A stretch of 64,000 nt of DNA from Diadema antillarum (taxonomy: Eukaryota): positions 1,116,001 through 1,180,000 of the forward strand of contig NW_027271550.1 in the NCBI RefSeq assembly GCF_040938485.1, in the 5' to 3' direction. Under the pieces are notes generated by a model. It was not told the origin of the DNA. It saw nothing but the letters and a program-made list of their open reading frames with translations, and searched no databases. Positions within the stretch are counted from its first letter, which is position 1. Each line of letters opens with the position of its first letter. Shown here piece by piece: positions 50,150-63,417 of this stretch. Position numbers and translations under genes: made by a program.

Positions 50150-53100
50150 GACACAGCGACCACGCAGCACGTGAAGAGAAAGAGGGTTGCGAAAAATAGG
50201 AAGAAAGCATGGAGGAAACATTCAAATATTAAAGATGTTGAAGAATTCATTGAAGATCAACGTATGCAGCTTAGGACTGGGTGAGTCATTGTGTTTTGTT
50301 ACTTCACAAATCATTGTGAACTTTCTATGTCAGACAAAACAGATCGCAATCTGTTCAGTCCCACATATTGCGTTTGACGTAAGTCGCGTTTATCTTAAGA
50401 AAATCAGATGTATACTTGGGTGACCCGCACCTCGTCATAGTTAATGTTTGCGCACATTTGAATCACATTTCGCCACTGAAATTCTTTGAAATCCAACTCA
50501 CATACAGGAAAAATGCTGAAAATTGCAATGGAATCACAAGTTCACTGATCGATATCGAAAATTTGCAGCTATCGTCGTCAAACGCGAACGATGCGAAAAA
50601 GTTGCGCGCTGAGGAAGGGGCCCGCAACTCGTCACCCGCGCTCCCATAGACAAAGCACGTAAAAGACGTGTGCGGGTGACCGTGATGCTCCCATAGACAT
50701 ACAGTTGAACCTCTCGTATCCGGACAAGTCGGGACCGGGGCTCATCCGGATAAGGGATTTGGCCGGATACTGGAGACTCAATGCTTTATACATGTACACA
50801 TACATACACATGTACTGATGTAGCCCATTGTAGTACCACATGTAGTAATATGTATACTGCAACCTTTTCATTGTTACATTTGGGGATGTTTGGGGATGTT
50901 AAAATGTCTGAAGGTAAGCAATTTGGGAGGAAATTTGATGTAATGTATGTTAATCATGTTGGAAGTAATATGTAATTCATGTGTGTTTGTGTAGGAGTTC
51001 TCAAGGAGTTGGAAATCCCCCTTTACTCCCGTAATTATTTTTTAAAAAATCACGGCGAGATTGCGTCCGTATAATAGAGAGATCCGGATAAAGGGAGGCC
51101 GGATAAGAGAGGTTCAACTGTACACGTAAAAGATGCGTGCGGGGACAGTGGTGATACTTATAACACGTATTCCGATTAAATTTCAGATTTTCGCGAAAAA
51201 CTATTCGGTTTTCACCACAATTTGCTTGGTTGTGGTAGCCCTGCCAAGTTTCAAGCGTACTGAACACAGTCCCGGGCATAAATTTTTGTTTAGTGCGCTT
51301 AAAACAATTTTAAGCGGGGTGACGGTATTCGGGCAATTATCCATAGATTGATACGTGATATAGACATGAACAGTGTTTAAATCAGTAGATTTTTTTGTTT
51401 TCTTGAAAAAATCTCGCATTTTGATAACTTTTCGCGTACCCGATTTTCCCATTAGTGGCGGCTTTGATTCGCCCATCACCATAAGTACAGCGTTAGAGTA
51501 AAAGCCCCAATTTTCGGACACTTAAGCTTTTTGGCAATATTTATTCAACTCAAATAATACTCCACAAAATTATATCTATAATAATGTATGTTAAATATAT
51601 CAACCTAATTTTTCCCAATATTTATTTTGTTAAACAGATCATAAAATTTCACAAAATCCCCAAATATGACCTTGTCAATTCCCCAAAATTCGGACAGCGT
51701 CTCCAAAATTCAGACACGCGCGCAATGTCAATACGCATACAAGGCCACTGAAAAATCTGCACACGCCATACCTTGTTGGCGCAAGGTTGCATCGGGGATG
51801 TTGCGGCTCCCGTTCGTGTCCGAATTTTGGGGACTCTGTACTTGCATTCAGCCCCTGGGCCTGTACATTTATTTGTATTCACTGCATCAGCACGTACGGA
51901 GATTTTGTTTTTCTTTTGTGTTTTTGAGGATACCATCACACTCTGAGCTTGCAATAAACGAAAAATCTCGCAACAGAACGGCGTAATTTGTCAATTTTTA
52001 GCGCTTTTTCGGCGACCCTGATTCTTTACACGGGACCTAATTCGCGTACGCTTTGGAAAAGTTGCGGCGATTCCACATTTTTGACGCGAAAAATTTGGGA
52101 TTTTACTGTAGATGGATTTTTGGAGGTGACTCGGGCACTTTCCTGTGGTGAACGAGTGTGCTAGTATGTGAAATGATGTGATATGCTTGTGTTGTGACAG
52201 TCCACTTTGCTGCCTTGTGATAAGTGGTAAGTGTCCGGATATTGGAGGCCGGCCAAAAATTGGGGTGCTTACTCTAAATAGAGAGCTCACTAGCGCTGAG
52301 CCGGCGTCCGCGGGCAGTCGTAAATCACACAACACCCATAGGGACTCCTGAGGCAGCAACCGCGAAACTCTTCTCGGGCTCTGATCAGGCAGCCAATTTT
52401 ACAGAAACAGGCATTAATTGCAAGGTCCATTTTGTGTACTGATCTTGCCACATGCGCTAACATGAGTGCGATAAATTTTCCTTTCAAAAAATCAGAAAAC
52501 ATTTCAATTTTGAAAAAAGTGAAGTTTCAATATTGCCATATTTTGCCCAATGTGGATTAAGTACACAATACACCAAAGGTCACGACAAATAAGTGCAAAA
52601 TTTGGACTTAGCCTGCTGGACAGATCATCCTCTTCGGGCTACTAGCGGTACCGGTAGGTAGAAGACGCAAACCCACGTACAGGAAGGCAAAAGTAGTTCA
52701 GGTTTGTGATTTGAGCATGTTGTTTGACATACGGCCGTATTACTTTTGAAAAGAATGATATCAATTCACCCCTGTCATACCTGCTACAGCTAGCGATCGT
52801 CGCTAATGGGCTCAGAAGTTGAGCACTATGTGTGTAGAAAATGATGTACAGTACATGCGTGACAGCGCCATCTAGTGCTGAATGAATGCAGGGCTGCCAA
52901 CATTGGAAATTAGTTCAGAGTGAGACTCCCATAGGCCAATGCTATAATTTAAGAGTCAAAATGAGTGAGATCAATAGAAATGCATGCAAATGAAATAAAG
53001 TTTTAGAGTGAGAAAGGACCAAAATGAGTGAGTTTCACTCTCAATGAGTGAGAGTTGGCAGCCCTGATGAATGGTACTAACATTTAAGATAATCGGGATA

Positions 53101-56100
53101 ATCAGCTCTGACTTGTCCTCTAACTGTTAGGTGTCTACTAGAAAATATCTCCTGTCAGATCGATCACATGTATTGAACTGTTCAAGCCAACTCGGATCGC
53201 ATTGAGTTTTGATACTTGACATCATTGTTTGTCACCTCAAACTCATTAAAGTCAATCTTCATTAATGAGACTTCATAGATACATATAATTAGTATTGTGT
53301 GTTATCATACATAAATTTATATGCATATATCATGAAATGTATGAAACAATGACTTTTACTTCTCTACAGGGGCATAGTTGCAGAGAAACCAGATGAAAGC
53401 TTGTTCTTTGTGGATAAGAAACAGCCTTTACAAGACAAAGGTAAAGTTCAAAGTAGCAAGCTCTTCAGTGTACATTATATGACTAGCTTTCTCCAATTGC
53501 TCTATCCTGTTTCTTGAATTGTCATGATTGTTAAATCTTTATCAATGATTATCATTAATCTCATTGCTTAATCTGACATTGTTCTTCCAAGAGTACTTCA
53601 TTATACAATGTATGGCACTAGTCAATTGATTGAGAAAAAAAAATGATCATTGATAAAATTTACCCATTCCAACCCATGGGTACAGTGTCACAATTGTGTG
53701 TTTACGCAGGTATGATATGGACCCCCCAAAAAACTACGAAAACATTTATTTCATATTTGTATTGTTGCTCCTTGTGTACAGTTTCCCATTTTGTGTGTGT
53801 GTATTTGGGATCAAGACTATGTGCAATAGGATTCACATTTTCACATTACAACGGTGTACTCAGTAAAACACAGGTCTTTATGATGTACAGTACAGTAGAA
53901 GAATTCTGTTGGTGAACCTTAATTATCTACAGATGTGATAGTGAGCGTAATGATTTGCTATTAAAATTCAGTTTATTTTCTTTCTTAGGTATGCTGGTTG
54001 AATATTCTATATGACAACATGGAAATGGGTTGGGCAGCATTTGCTTCATCGTCACAGTTATAATGATTGCTTTTGTCATATGATTTTCCATTTTTTCCCA
54101 GAATTATCCCACTTCTATTTTGTCTTTATATGTAGTCCAAATGAGGACAGCTTCTGTTGAGAAACTTGACACTAAGCACTGTCAATGTAACTTGATTGTG
54201 TCTCATATTCTGTTTTGTTTTCATTTGGGTTTTTTAGATTCCTCCAAAAAGAGCCTGCAGAAACCTCTCAAGTATGAGAGAAAGCTTCTACCAGATCCAA
54301 CCATTCCTTTTGCAAGAAAGTAAGTTTGCTATATTGAAGCCTTATAGCCCCTCTGTAATTGCAGCACAACACTGACCAGTGACAAAATGCCGGGACGTAC
54401 TTTCTCATATAGATACACATAAGTACAACAGTCTGTAAAGGGCATTGAAATTCTTAACAAGTCTGAAATACGGTATCTAGAAATTAGCTGTTGTTGTTGT
54501 AGTTGTTGTTGTATTTGTTTTNNNNNNNNNNNNNNNNNNNNNNNNNNNNNNNNNNNNNNNNNNNNNNNNNNNNNNNNNNNNNNNNNNNNNNNNNNNNNNN
54601 NNNNNNNNNNNNNNNNNNNNNNNNNNNNNNNNNNNNNNNNNNNNNNNNNNNNNNNNNNNNNNNNNNNNNNNNNNNNNNNNNNNNNNNNNNNNNNNNNNNN
54701 NNNNNNNNNGTTCAGCTGAAATATCTCTTCATATTATGAATTTATCGTAGTTTGTCTGCATCTCTTGCACAGCTACTGCATAGTTTTTGACAACTCTTCT
54801 GTATATTAAGTCAAACCTGTCATGTGATCAAGAAAACTGACATTATAAACCAGATTAAGGAGAGAGTCTGCTTTCTAATTTCTAAAATTTGGCTAGGCCT
54901 CTTTTCTGAGTATTACCCAATTTGTGTCAGTAAGAGTGTTTTGAATGAAAAGCTACACTTTGTGCTGTTGTGATGTTGCTGTATGCAGACCGAGGACACC
55001 CAGGTCAGTTCACCGGCCAGCGAGAAAGAGCAAGCTGCAGCAGAGGTTGGAGAGGGAAGACAAGCTTGGGCCCGCGACCAGCGCCAAGCGCAGGAAAGTG
55101 CTCAGTGCCAAGCAAGCCAGTGAAAGGTCAAACAAACTGAAAGACGATGAAGATCGGAGGAGAGAGATCGGGAGAGCGACCTATGACCTTTGGGATGCTG
55201 CCAGTAAGTCAATTTGTTGTGTGTTAACCACATGACAAGTACTGCCCCCCCCCCCCCTTTTTTTTTCATTTTTGGTTGAACCTACATAAAATTTCTGGCA
55301 TTATTTGACTATGTATAAGTTATTTATTACTCATGCCTTTACAGAATATCATGTGAATGAAAACTTTTGCTCCAATGCCGCAAGCTTTGACTCACTAGAG
55401 GTGAATCGTTTTGCTACTTTCATAAGAGAATGTGTTTGTTTCCTTGAGGAGAAAGTTATATTGGCAGTGAATAGTACAGAAAGTGCATGTATCTTATTTT
55501 TGTTGGTATACATGTATATATGAGACATGCCATATGGTGTGCTCCCAAGGAGCATGTACCAAGCACATGTCAGAACGTGGAACCCAAAGGGAAGTAATAC
55601 TGTACAGTCTTTGGAAGTAATACCCTTCTGCTGCGCAGCTGATAACTTTGTATATCCATGCCGTACGTTGACACAATTATCATTGCATTGATTGTGTCTT
55701 CCCCCAGCTCCAGTTGATGGAACAGAGTCGACCAGTATGAAAGCTCCTGAAGCAGAACCTAATGAACATTTTCTCAGGGTTACAAGAAAGACAAGAAAAA
55801 AGGTGAGTAGTGTTAGTGAGCTGTTACACAATTGTATGTATGCTGATGTATTTGTGTTATTCAGGGCTGCACACTAACCTATTGTTTCTACTAGTCCTAC
55901 ATTTTGTACCTGTCTGTCGGACAAGCAGGTACCCAGCTTTTCCGTTTTTTACTGGTCCATTTCTGAAAAAGACACTGGTCCGACAGTGATTTTTACTGGT
56001 CCTGGTTCTGTCGGACCAGTGCCAGTGTGCAGCGTTGTGTTATTATTCTTTTCTTTTTTTATCCCCATTTTAGAGCAAAACTTAGTCCTTTTACACAAAC

Positions 56101-59100
56101 ATGGTCTCCATCTCTTAGAAATTTGAATGAGTGTGGCTGTTGATTTCATTTTCAAGCTGTTCAATGATGAGACCTTTGAAAAGTCATGAACAATTGATTT
56201 GTTCGTAATTAAGCTTTTGTGTATTAGATTTCTTTCAAGTTTGAAACATAATTTTGCTCCTCCATTCATGCAAGGCTCAGTCAAGTGCCAGCAGTCAATG
56301 TGAATGTACTAATGGGCATCTCAATCAAGCCATATGAACATAATTCACATCGACTAAACTAACTATGTAATCTTTGTGTGTTCCATTCATGCAGCTGCCC
56401 AAAACTTACCACAATCGACCGTCTGAGTTTAACGCTGTAGAGGTTGTCCATCCAGGTGCTTCCTACAATCCTGCATTTGAGGATCACCAGGTAAGGCAGT
56501 CGAAGACAAACAGAGTATGGCAAGTCTTGTTATCAAATTCTGCTAAATTTGAACTAGATCTTGCAAGCCTATACTTCAGCTCACCTTGTGCAAATTGAGT
56601 GTAGTAGTAGGAATTTTTGCAGAAGGTAGTAGCAACTGATTAGTATGATGAATAATGGGCTGATTTTACAATGCACTAACACTTATAGCTTCTTCTCAAG
56701 AATGCCCAGTGATGAGCTGTTGCTGTTGTTATTTTGGTTCTTGGTCTATGTCAGGCAAGCCTACAAAAATTTGTTTCATGCTTTTACAACTTCTCATGGA
56801 TTACTCTGAGTGGGAAATATCTATAAACTTTTGATTTGAATAAACTGTTGCGATGATGTCTACAGTGTATGTGCTAAAAATGGTAGGCATTATCTATTTG
56901 CAATATTGAAGCAGCTGTAGATGGCATATCACTACCAGTGCTTAGAATTTGTTCTCTCCATGACTTTACATACATCCCTTCATCTATTTCTTTGAGTGTA
57001 AACACTATTCATTTCTGTGCTGTATTAGACTTGCTTTTATTTTTCCGTATGTTTCCTTCTAACAAAAAAATTTTGATTTCCTGCTAATGTGTATAATCAT
57101 TTATGTAATTTTGTAAATGCAGGAATTGATACAGAAGGCAATCAATGTTGAACTGGAGAGGCAGAAGAAGGAAGACAAGTTAGAAAGGTGGCATAAATTT
57201 AAGAAGATCAGCAAACAGGAAGCTGAGGTGAGTTCTTAATCGGTTTTATCGTTCTTGTAAATCTGTCACTCATTTCTTCAAAAAAAAGTTATACTGTATT
57301 ATTCCCAGCTAACACAGGTTTCTCTGGCAGTTTTGAAATCACACAGAATGAAATTTTGATTTTGTTATGAAGTGCTTGAGGACTGTAAGTTAACCTGGCA
57401 AGGAAGGAAGAGATGAAGAAAAAATTGGCATGAACGTTTTGCTGCTCTTTGCCATATTTTCTGAAGTCCTTGTAATTTAATCATGAGAGAGTTTCCAGAG
57501 ACATTTCTGTTGAATATTTAGGAATTAATTCTAAGGTGGTCTCCGTCATAGATAGGTAGTTCAAGGAGATTTCAAGAGTTATAGTGTTATCAAGTAGAGT
57601 GGTCACAGGGGCTCCTAACTATGCGTCAACTTGCTTGATCGGCCATCCTCATTAACCCTCGCTGTGCTTTGAGCGCTGATTGGTACATATGCTGGAGTGT
57701 TTTTGTTTGTCGATTGGTACAGATGTCTGTTGTCAGTTGTCAAAGAATACAGATTATCTAATCCCCCTAATCCCCCTTGTGCCACTGTGGTCTTCCTGTC
57801 AGATTGAGGCACACTGCTTTACCTGAGTGGGCTTGCTACCTTTACAGCTTAGGTTAAAGTGTACCAATACCCCAGAAATCAAATTTTTGTACAGCTAGAA
57901 TACACAAAAAATAATCATAATTCATTGTGATAGCCCCTGAAAGTGCATCAGTATACATATTTCTATAAATCAGATCACATCTCCTTAACAACTTGGCACT
58001 TGCGCTCCACGCGTTTAAGTCCCGCTCAGTAAGCGCTGGCACAGATGTGTGCGCATTCTTGCTATATCAACTACGTTTTTACGAATGATGTCGCGAGATT
58101 CCATTTTGATCGGTTAGCTGATCACGAGCAAGCTTTGCATATACACTAAGTATCATTCAAGACATATTTAGAAAAAAATATTGTCAGCGCGATCATTCAA
58201 TTGAAAGAATTTCAAGATCGATTAGTCTATTTCATGTCTGTTTTGCTTTTGTATACTCTTTAAAATTTACATTTAAACCCCAAATAAATCAAAATGGGAG
58301 TGACTAAAAATTCTAATATATTGCAGAGGGCATGTCCCAAGTATATTTTACATATATAGCAATCATTATTCTCAGAGTTTGGTACACTTTAAATTTGGAG
58401 TGATTACTGAAAGCTGATGAAAAAGTTTGAAAAGTTAAACTAAGTATCTTGGCAGATACAGGGTTAAATGACTGGAAGGGATGCTTCTCTTTCTCTCCTA
58501 GAACAACTTCATGAGTGAGATGTCTGCAGGCCTACTTGATGGAGTCAGCAGGGAGGAGAAGAGAGAAAGTGCCTCAGAGGAAGAAGGAGAGGGCGGTATG
58601 CCGAACCCTCCGGTGATGGCAGAGAGGCGCAAGACGAGGCGGCAGAGAAACAAGGAGAAAGAAATTAAAGCCCAGGTTCGTTGGACGGAGATGAAGAGTG
58701 TATTTTTCTTTTCTTCTTTTCTTCTCTTTGTCTCAGAATTATATAGGCATCTTTGTATTGAGTGAAGTTATATGATATGTCTGCATTCTTGTGGTGTTAC
58801 CTTGCTAGGAAAAAAAAAAGCTTGCTCTTTACTATAGGCATGCACAATGAGAGGGGGAAAAAAAATAAAAACATTAACATAAAGTCAGTGCCCCTTCCAC
58901 AAGTAAATGTTTCACTGAGTGTACTGAAAGGATTTTGCTGTCCTTTCTCAAATGTATTCTGGATAACTTTTTACCTTTTATGTTTTCGTAATGTTCAAGT
59001 GCAATTTTTTTTATTGTTTGAAGCATTTTAGAATTTTAATCAGGGTGCCTGATTTTGTGATATGATATCCTTTTTTTTTTTCCTGACAAGGTAAATGCAG

Positions 59101-60970
59101 TAAGCTTCAAGCAATTGGAAGCTGCCTGAAGTTTTAACACCCCCCCCCCCCCCCCCCACACACACACACATTTCAGGAATATGACTAATTCTGTAATTGA
59201 ACAATTTATAGGTAGGTTAGTAGGTCAATAAGTAAGGAGAAAGATGGATGGGTTGAACAATTGATAGATTGATACATATGAAAGTAATACTGGGTTCTGT
59301 TGGTTTTGTTGTCCCCGCCGAACGAGTTCGAGCAGGGGACTATGAAACGGGCTCCGTACGTGTGTGTGTCCGTGTGTCCGTCCGTCCGTCCGTCCGTCCG
59401 TCCGTCCGTGTGTCCGTGTGTGATCAAAATCTTCAATTTGCTACTTCTCTGTCATTTATGAGCCAATTTTGATTCTGTTTGCTTTATATGATAGCACTAC
59501 ATGGGAGCTTTGAAACTTCTACACAGAATTTCAGTCGTGACCTTTGACCTTGACCTTTGACCTATATTGTACATTTTGCTACAAAATGCTAATCCTTCGC
59601 CATTTCTAACCCGATTTCGATTCTGTTTGCTTTATGTGATGGCACTAGGTGAGGGCTTCAAAACTTCTACACAGAATTTTGACCTTTGACTTCTTTGACC
59701 TTTGACCTTAATTTTTGACCTGTATTGTACATTTCGCTACAAAATGCTACTCCTTTGCCATTTCTAACCCGATTTCGATTCCGTTTGCTTTATATGATGG
59801 CACTAGGTGAGGGCTTCAAAACTTCTACACAGAATTTTGACCTTTGACTTCTTTGACCTTTGACCTTGATTTTTTGACCTATATTGTACATTTTGCTACA
59901 AAATGCTACTCCTTCGCCATTTCTAACCCGATTTCGATTCCGTTTGCTTTATATGATGGCACTAGGTGAGGGCTTCAAAACTTCTACACAGAATTTTGAC
60001 CTTTGACTTCTTTGACCTTTGACCTTGATTTTTTGACCTATATTGTACATTTTGCTACAAAATGCTACTCCTTCGCCATTTCTAACCCAATTTCGATTCC
60101 GTTTGCTCTATGTGATGGCACTAGGTGAGGGCTTCAAAACTTCTACACAGAATTTTGACCTTTGACTTCTTTGACCTTTGACCTTGATTTTTGACCTGTA
60201 TTGTTCATTTTGCTACAAAATGCTACTCCTTCGCCATTTCTAACCCGATTTCACTTCCGTTTGCTTTATGTGATGGCACTAGGTGAGGGCTTCAAAACTT
60301 CTACACAGAATTTTGACCTTTGACTTCTTTGACCTTTGACCTTGATTTTTGACCTATATTGTACATTGGCTACAAAATGCTACTCCTTCGCCATTTCTAA
60401 CCCGATTTCGATTCTGTTTCCTTTATGTGATGGCACTAGGTGAGAGCTTCAAAACTTCTACACAGAATTTTGACCTTTGACTTCTTTGACCTTTGACCTT
60501 GATTTTTTACCTATATTGTACATTTTGCTACTAAATGCTACTTCCGGCGGGGACATATATTACGCACCGCGTAATTTCTACTTTTCCTTGTTTTGTTTGT
60601 TTTTTGTATATTTTGTTTTGTATATTTTGTTTTGTTTTGTGTTTTGTTCCTCTGTCTAATACACAAGTATGTATTCTCTGTTTATCTAACATCCGACCCT
60701 CTCCATGAATCATGATCTTTATCAGCTTAAGAGAGCCAAGGCAGAGAAGGCTGGTAAGATGAGGATGAATGCTGTGTACCGTCTGAGGGCGCTCAAGAAG
60801 GAGATAAAGGCCCGGGAGGCGAAGACCACCACCAAGATTGCTGCCAGGAAGGCCAAGGAGGCCCAGCAGAGGGGCAAGACAAAGAGGCTTGGCCGATACA
60901 AGTATCCTTTCGGGGTTTTTGTTTGGTTGTTTGGTTGTTTGCTTGCTTGTTTGTTTGTTTGTTTGTTTGT

Positions 60971-61012
<42 letters not shown>

Positions 61013-63417
61013 CTTTTTAGGAGTCTACTTAACTCGTGGGGCATGCATAACTTTGTCAGGTAAGGATGATGGTTGCTTCCTTGACAGTGGGATGGAAACC
61101 AACAGTCGCTCTTGAGTAACATGTAGCTGCAGTTATTATGAGAGGCAAGTTCTGTGCTCTCGTGAGGTATGACAAAATAATACATAATTTTGGTTTCTAG
61201 GTAGGGTTTTGGGGGGTGTGGTAGTTATGGAAGTATGTGTAGGAGATTTTTTCCTACTTCTGACTCAAGCAAGCTATGTTTTGTAATGGTCCACGTTTGC
61301 TGAGAAGAAAAAGAAATCTTGATATATATTGAACTACATCTGCATGATAGTTGTGTGCCTTGATATTTTCTGATGTGCCAGTGAGACACAATTTTTTTCA
61401 TTTGTGTGTATTACTGATTCATCTTCGATGTTTCTCTGAGTCGAGTGTGTGCCAAAATAAATACATGAATCGTGTATGAGTTCTGTGTTTCCTTGGAATA
61501 TTCTATAAGCCGTCATCAAGCACAATCCTTAACCACGGTTTTCCCTTCCCCAGATATGAAGAGCTCCCAATCCCTGTCAAACGCTCAACTCAACTGGTTG
61601 GGAGCCTGAAGGATCTCAGGGTAAACTACATTCATTTTTTCTTTGTTTGTTTTTGCTTCAAAACCACATATCTTGCTGATTTAATGACCGTAATTCCCTC
61701 CTTTGCAAACATTTATGTGCATTGACCACCGAGATGAGAGGTGGTCCTGAGTAAGTAACTTTTTATACATTCCTGGCATGTCATGATGCAGTGAATTGTG
61801 CTACCCAAATGACATTTGAATCTGACCTTCTTCCGGTCTCCAGGCTACTGAAAGATGCAATAAGCAATTGCAGAATTAAACAGAAAACAAAAAACAAGAG
61901 AATACAAAGAGTATCCTTGTCACTGTCATGTGAATGTGTACTGTGTGGCAAAAATGTAACACACATTCTATTATGAAACATGTAAACTTTTTACATTTTC
62001 ATCTTCTTCTTGAAAACCCCAAGACCGATTTTCATCAAACTTGGCAGGTAGCATCCCTAGGGGGTTAGGAACTCAATTTGTTAAAATGGGCACCATGCCC
62101 CACCCAGGGGGCCCCCAGGGGGGCCCAAACCCCCCAAAATTAAGGAATCTGTAAAAATCTTCTTCTCTAGAACCAGAAGTGATAGAGCTAAGTTAATACT
62201 ATGAGTTAGTACATTGATGACTGTAGTTTCAAGTTTGTTCATGGCAGAATCAGGGGTGCCCCCCTTGTGACCCAGGGGAGGGGGGTGGGGGAGGGATTTT
62301 AATGGGGCCTAAATTGTACATTTTCATCTTCTTCTTGAGAACCCCATGACCCATTTTCACCAAACTTGGCAGGTAGCATCCCTAGGGGGTTAGGAACTCA
62401 ATTTGTTAAAATGGGCACCATGCCCCACCCAGGGGGCCCCAGGGGGCCCCAACCCCCCAAAATTAAGGAATCTGTAAAAATCTTCTTTTCTAGAACCAGA
62501 AGTGATAGAGCTAAGTTAATACTATGAGTTAGTACATTGATGACTGTAGTTTCAAGTTTGTTCATGGCAGAATCAGGGGTGCCCCCCTTGGGACCCAGGG
62601 GAGGGGGGGTGGGGAGGGGTTCTAATGGGGCCTAAATTGTACATTTTTATCTTCTTCTTGAGAACCCGATGACCCATTTTCACCAAACTTGGCAGGTAGC
62701 ATCCCTAGGGGGTTAGGAACTCAATTTGTTAAAGTGGGCACCATGCCCCACCCAGGGGGCCCCCAGGGGGCCCAAACCCCCAAAATGAAGGGATCTTTAA
62801 AAATCTTCTTTAGAATCAGAAGTTATAGAGCTAAGATAAAAACTATGAGTGAGTACATTAATGACTGTAATTTCAAGTTTGTTCATAGGAGATCCAGGGG
62901 TGCCCCTCTTGGGGGCAGGGGGGGGGGGGGGGGGGTTGGTCGGGAAGGTCCAAATGGGGGCCTGAATTGTACATTTTCATCTTCTTCCTGAAAACCTCAT
63001 GATGGATTTTCGTCAAACTTGGCAGGTAGCATCCCTAGGGGGTCAGGATCTCAATTTATCAAAATGGGCACCATGCCCCACCCAGAGGGCCCCATGGGGC
63101 CCCAATCCCCCCAAATTAAGGGATCTTAAAAAATTTGGGCCCTTATTGTACATTTTCATCTTCTACTTGAGAATGCCTGGTCAAATTTTGGTAGAGCTGT
63201 GAATAATTTAGATTAGTGACTGCGTGAAAGGTGAGCTTGCGATACTCAGGTGAGCACTAGACCCGCGGGTCTCTTGTTTTTTTGGTTTTTTTTGGGCGGT
63301 TTTTCTTATCAGCCCCCCTTTACCTCTTCTCCTTTCACAGCCTGATGGTAGTTTGATTGCAGACAGGTACAACAGCCTTGAGAAGAGGAACTTGGTAGCT
63401 CCAAGGATATGGAAGAA
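50141..63417 (+). CDS. NOP53: Ribosome biogenesis protein NOP53 (GLTSCR2/PICT1), 3'-incomplete; exons 50141-50280, 53370-53440, 54238-54319, 54989-55203, 55708-55802, 56395-56490, 57123-57227, 58502-58675, 60726-60901, 61554-61620, 63341-63417
   Basis: All 11 exons are phase-consistent (432 codons). Family motifs: KNRKKAWRKHSNIKDVEEF, LFFVDK, YDLWD, VEVVHPGASYNPAFEDHQ, RLGRYKY, DRYNSLEKRNL. The final exon is not visible in the window. Confidence 0.95.
50700..51122. mobile_element. pogo/Tigger-like MITE with TA TSD
   Basis: TA-CAGTTGAACCTCTC ... GAGAGGTTCAACTG-TA, inserted into another CpG-rich repeat. Confidence 0.85.
52889..53066. mobile_element. hAT-like MITE with 7-bp TSD
   Basis: CAGGGCTGCCAAC / GTTGGCAGCCCTG ends; ATGAATG on both flanks. 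Confidence 0.8.
55862..56037. mobile_element. hAT-like MITE with 7-bp TSD
   Basis: CAGGGCTGCACACT / AGTGTGCAGCGTTG ends; TGTTATT on both flanks. Confidence 0.7.
57854..58392. mobile_element. TTAA-flanked MITE (Kolobok-like)
   Basis: TTAAAGTGTACCAA / TTGGTACACTTTAA ends. Confidence 0.75.
59305..60581 (+). mobile_element. Helentron-derived HINE/DINE-like element with ~158-bp central tandem array
   Basis: 11-bp subTIR TGTCCCCGCCG (59310-59320) / CGGCGGGGACA (60545-60555), (GTCC)n microsatellite, about 7 repeats of 157-159 bp, 3' stem-loop ATTACGC-acc-GCGTAAT, T-rich flanks. Confidence 0.85.
60902..61553 (+). other. U12-type (minor spliceosome) GT-AG intron of NOP53
   Basis: 5' site GTATCCTTT (60902-60910) and branch site TCCTTAAC (61526-61533) about 20 nt before the AG. 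Confidence 0.9.
61991..63277 (+). mobile_element. Second HINE-like element, 5'-truncated, with ~325-bp tandem units
   Basis: Units start at about 61993, 62318, 62641 and 62971, plus a partial unit; 3' CAGGTGAGC followed by hairpin AGACCCGCGGGTCT and CTTGT. Confidence 0.7.

Noticed and set aside
55520-55680. Hairpin-rich stretch resembling an H/ACA snoRNA
   Set aside because: No valid ANANNA box H between the hairpins.
56163-56170. Box C-like ATGATGA in NOP53 intron 5
   Set aside because: No box D at a suitable distance.
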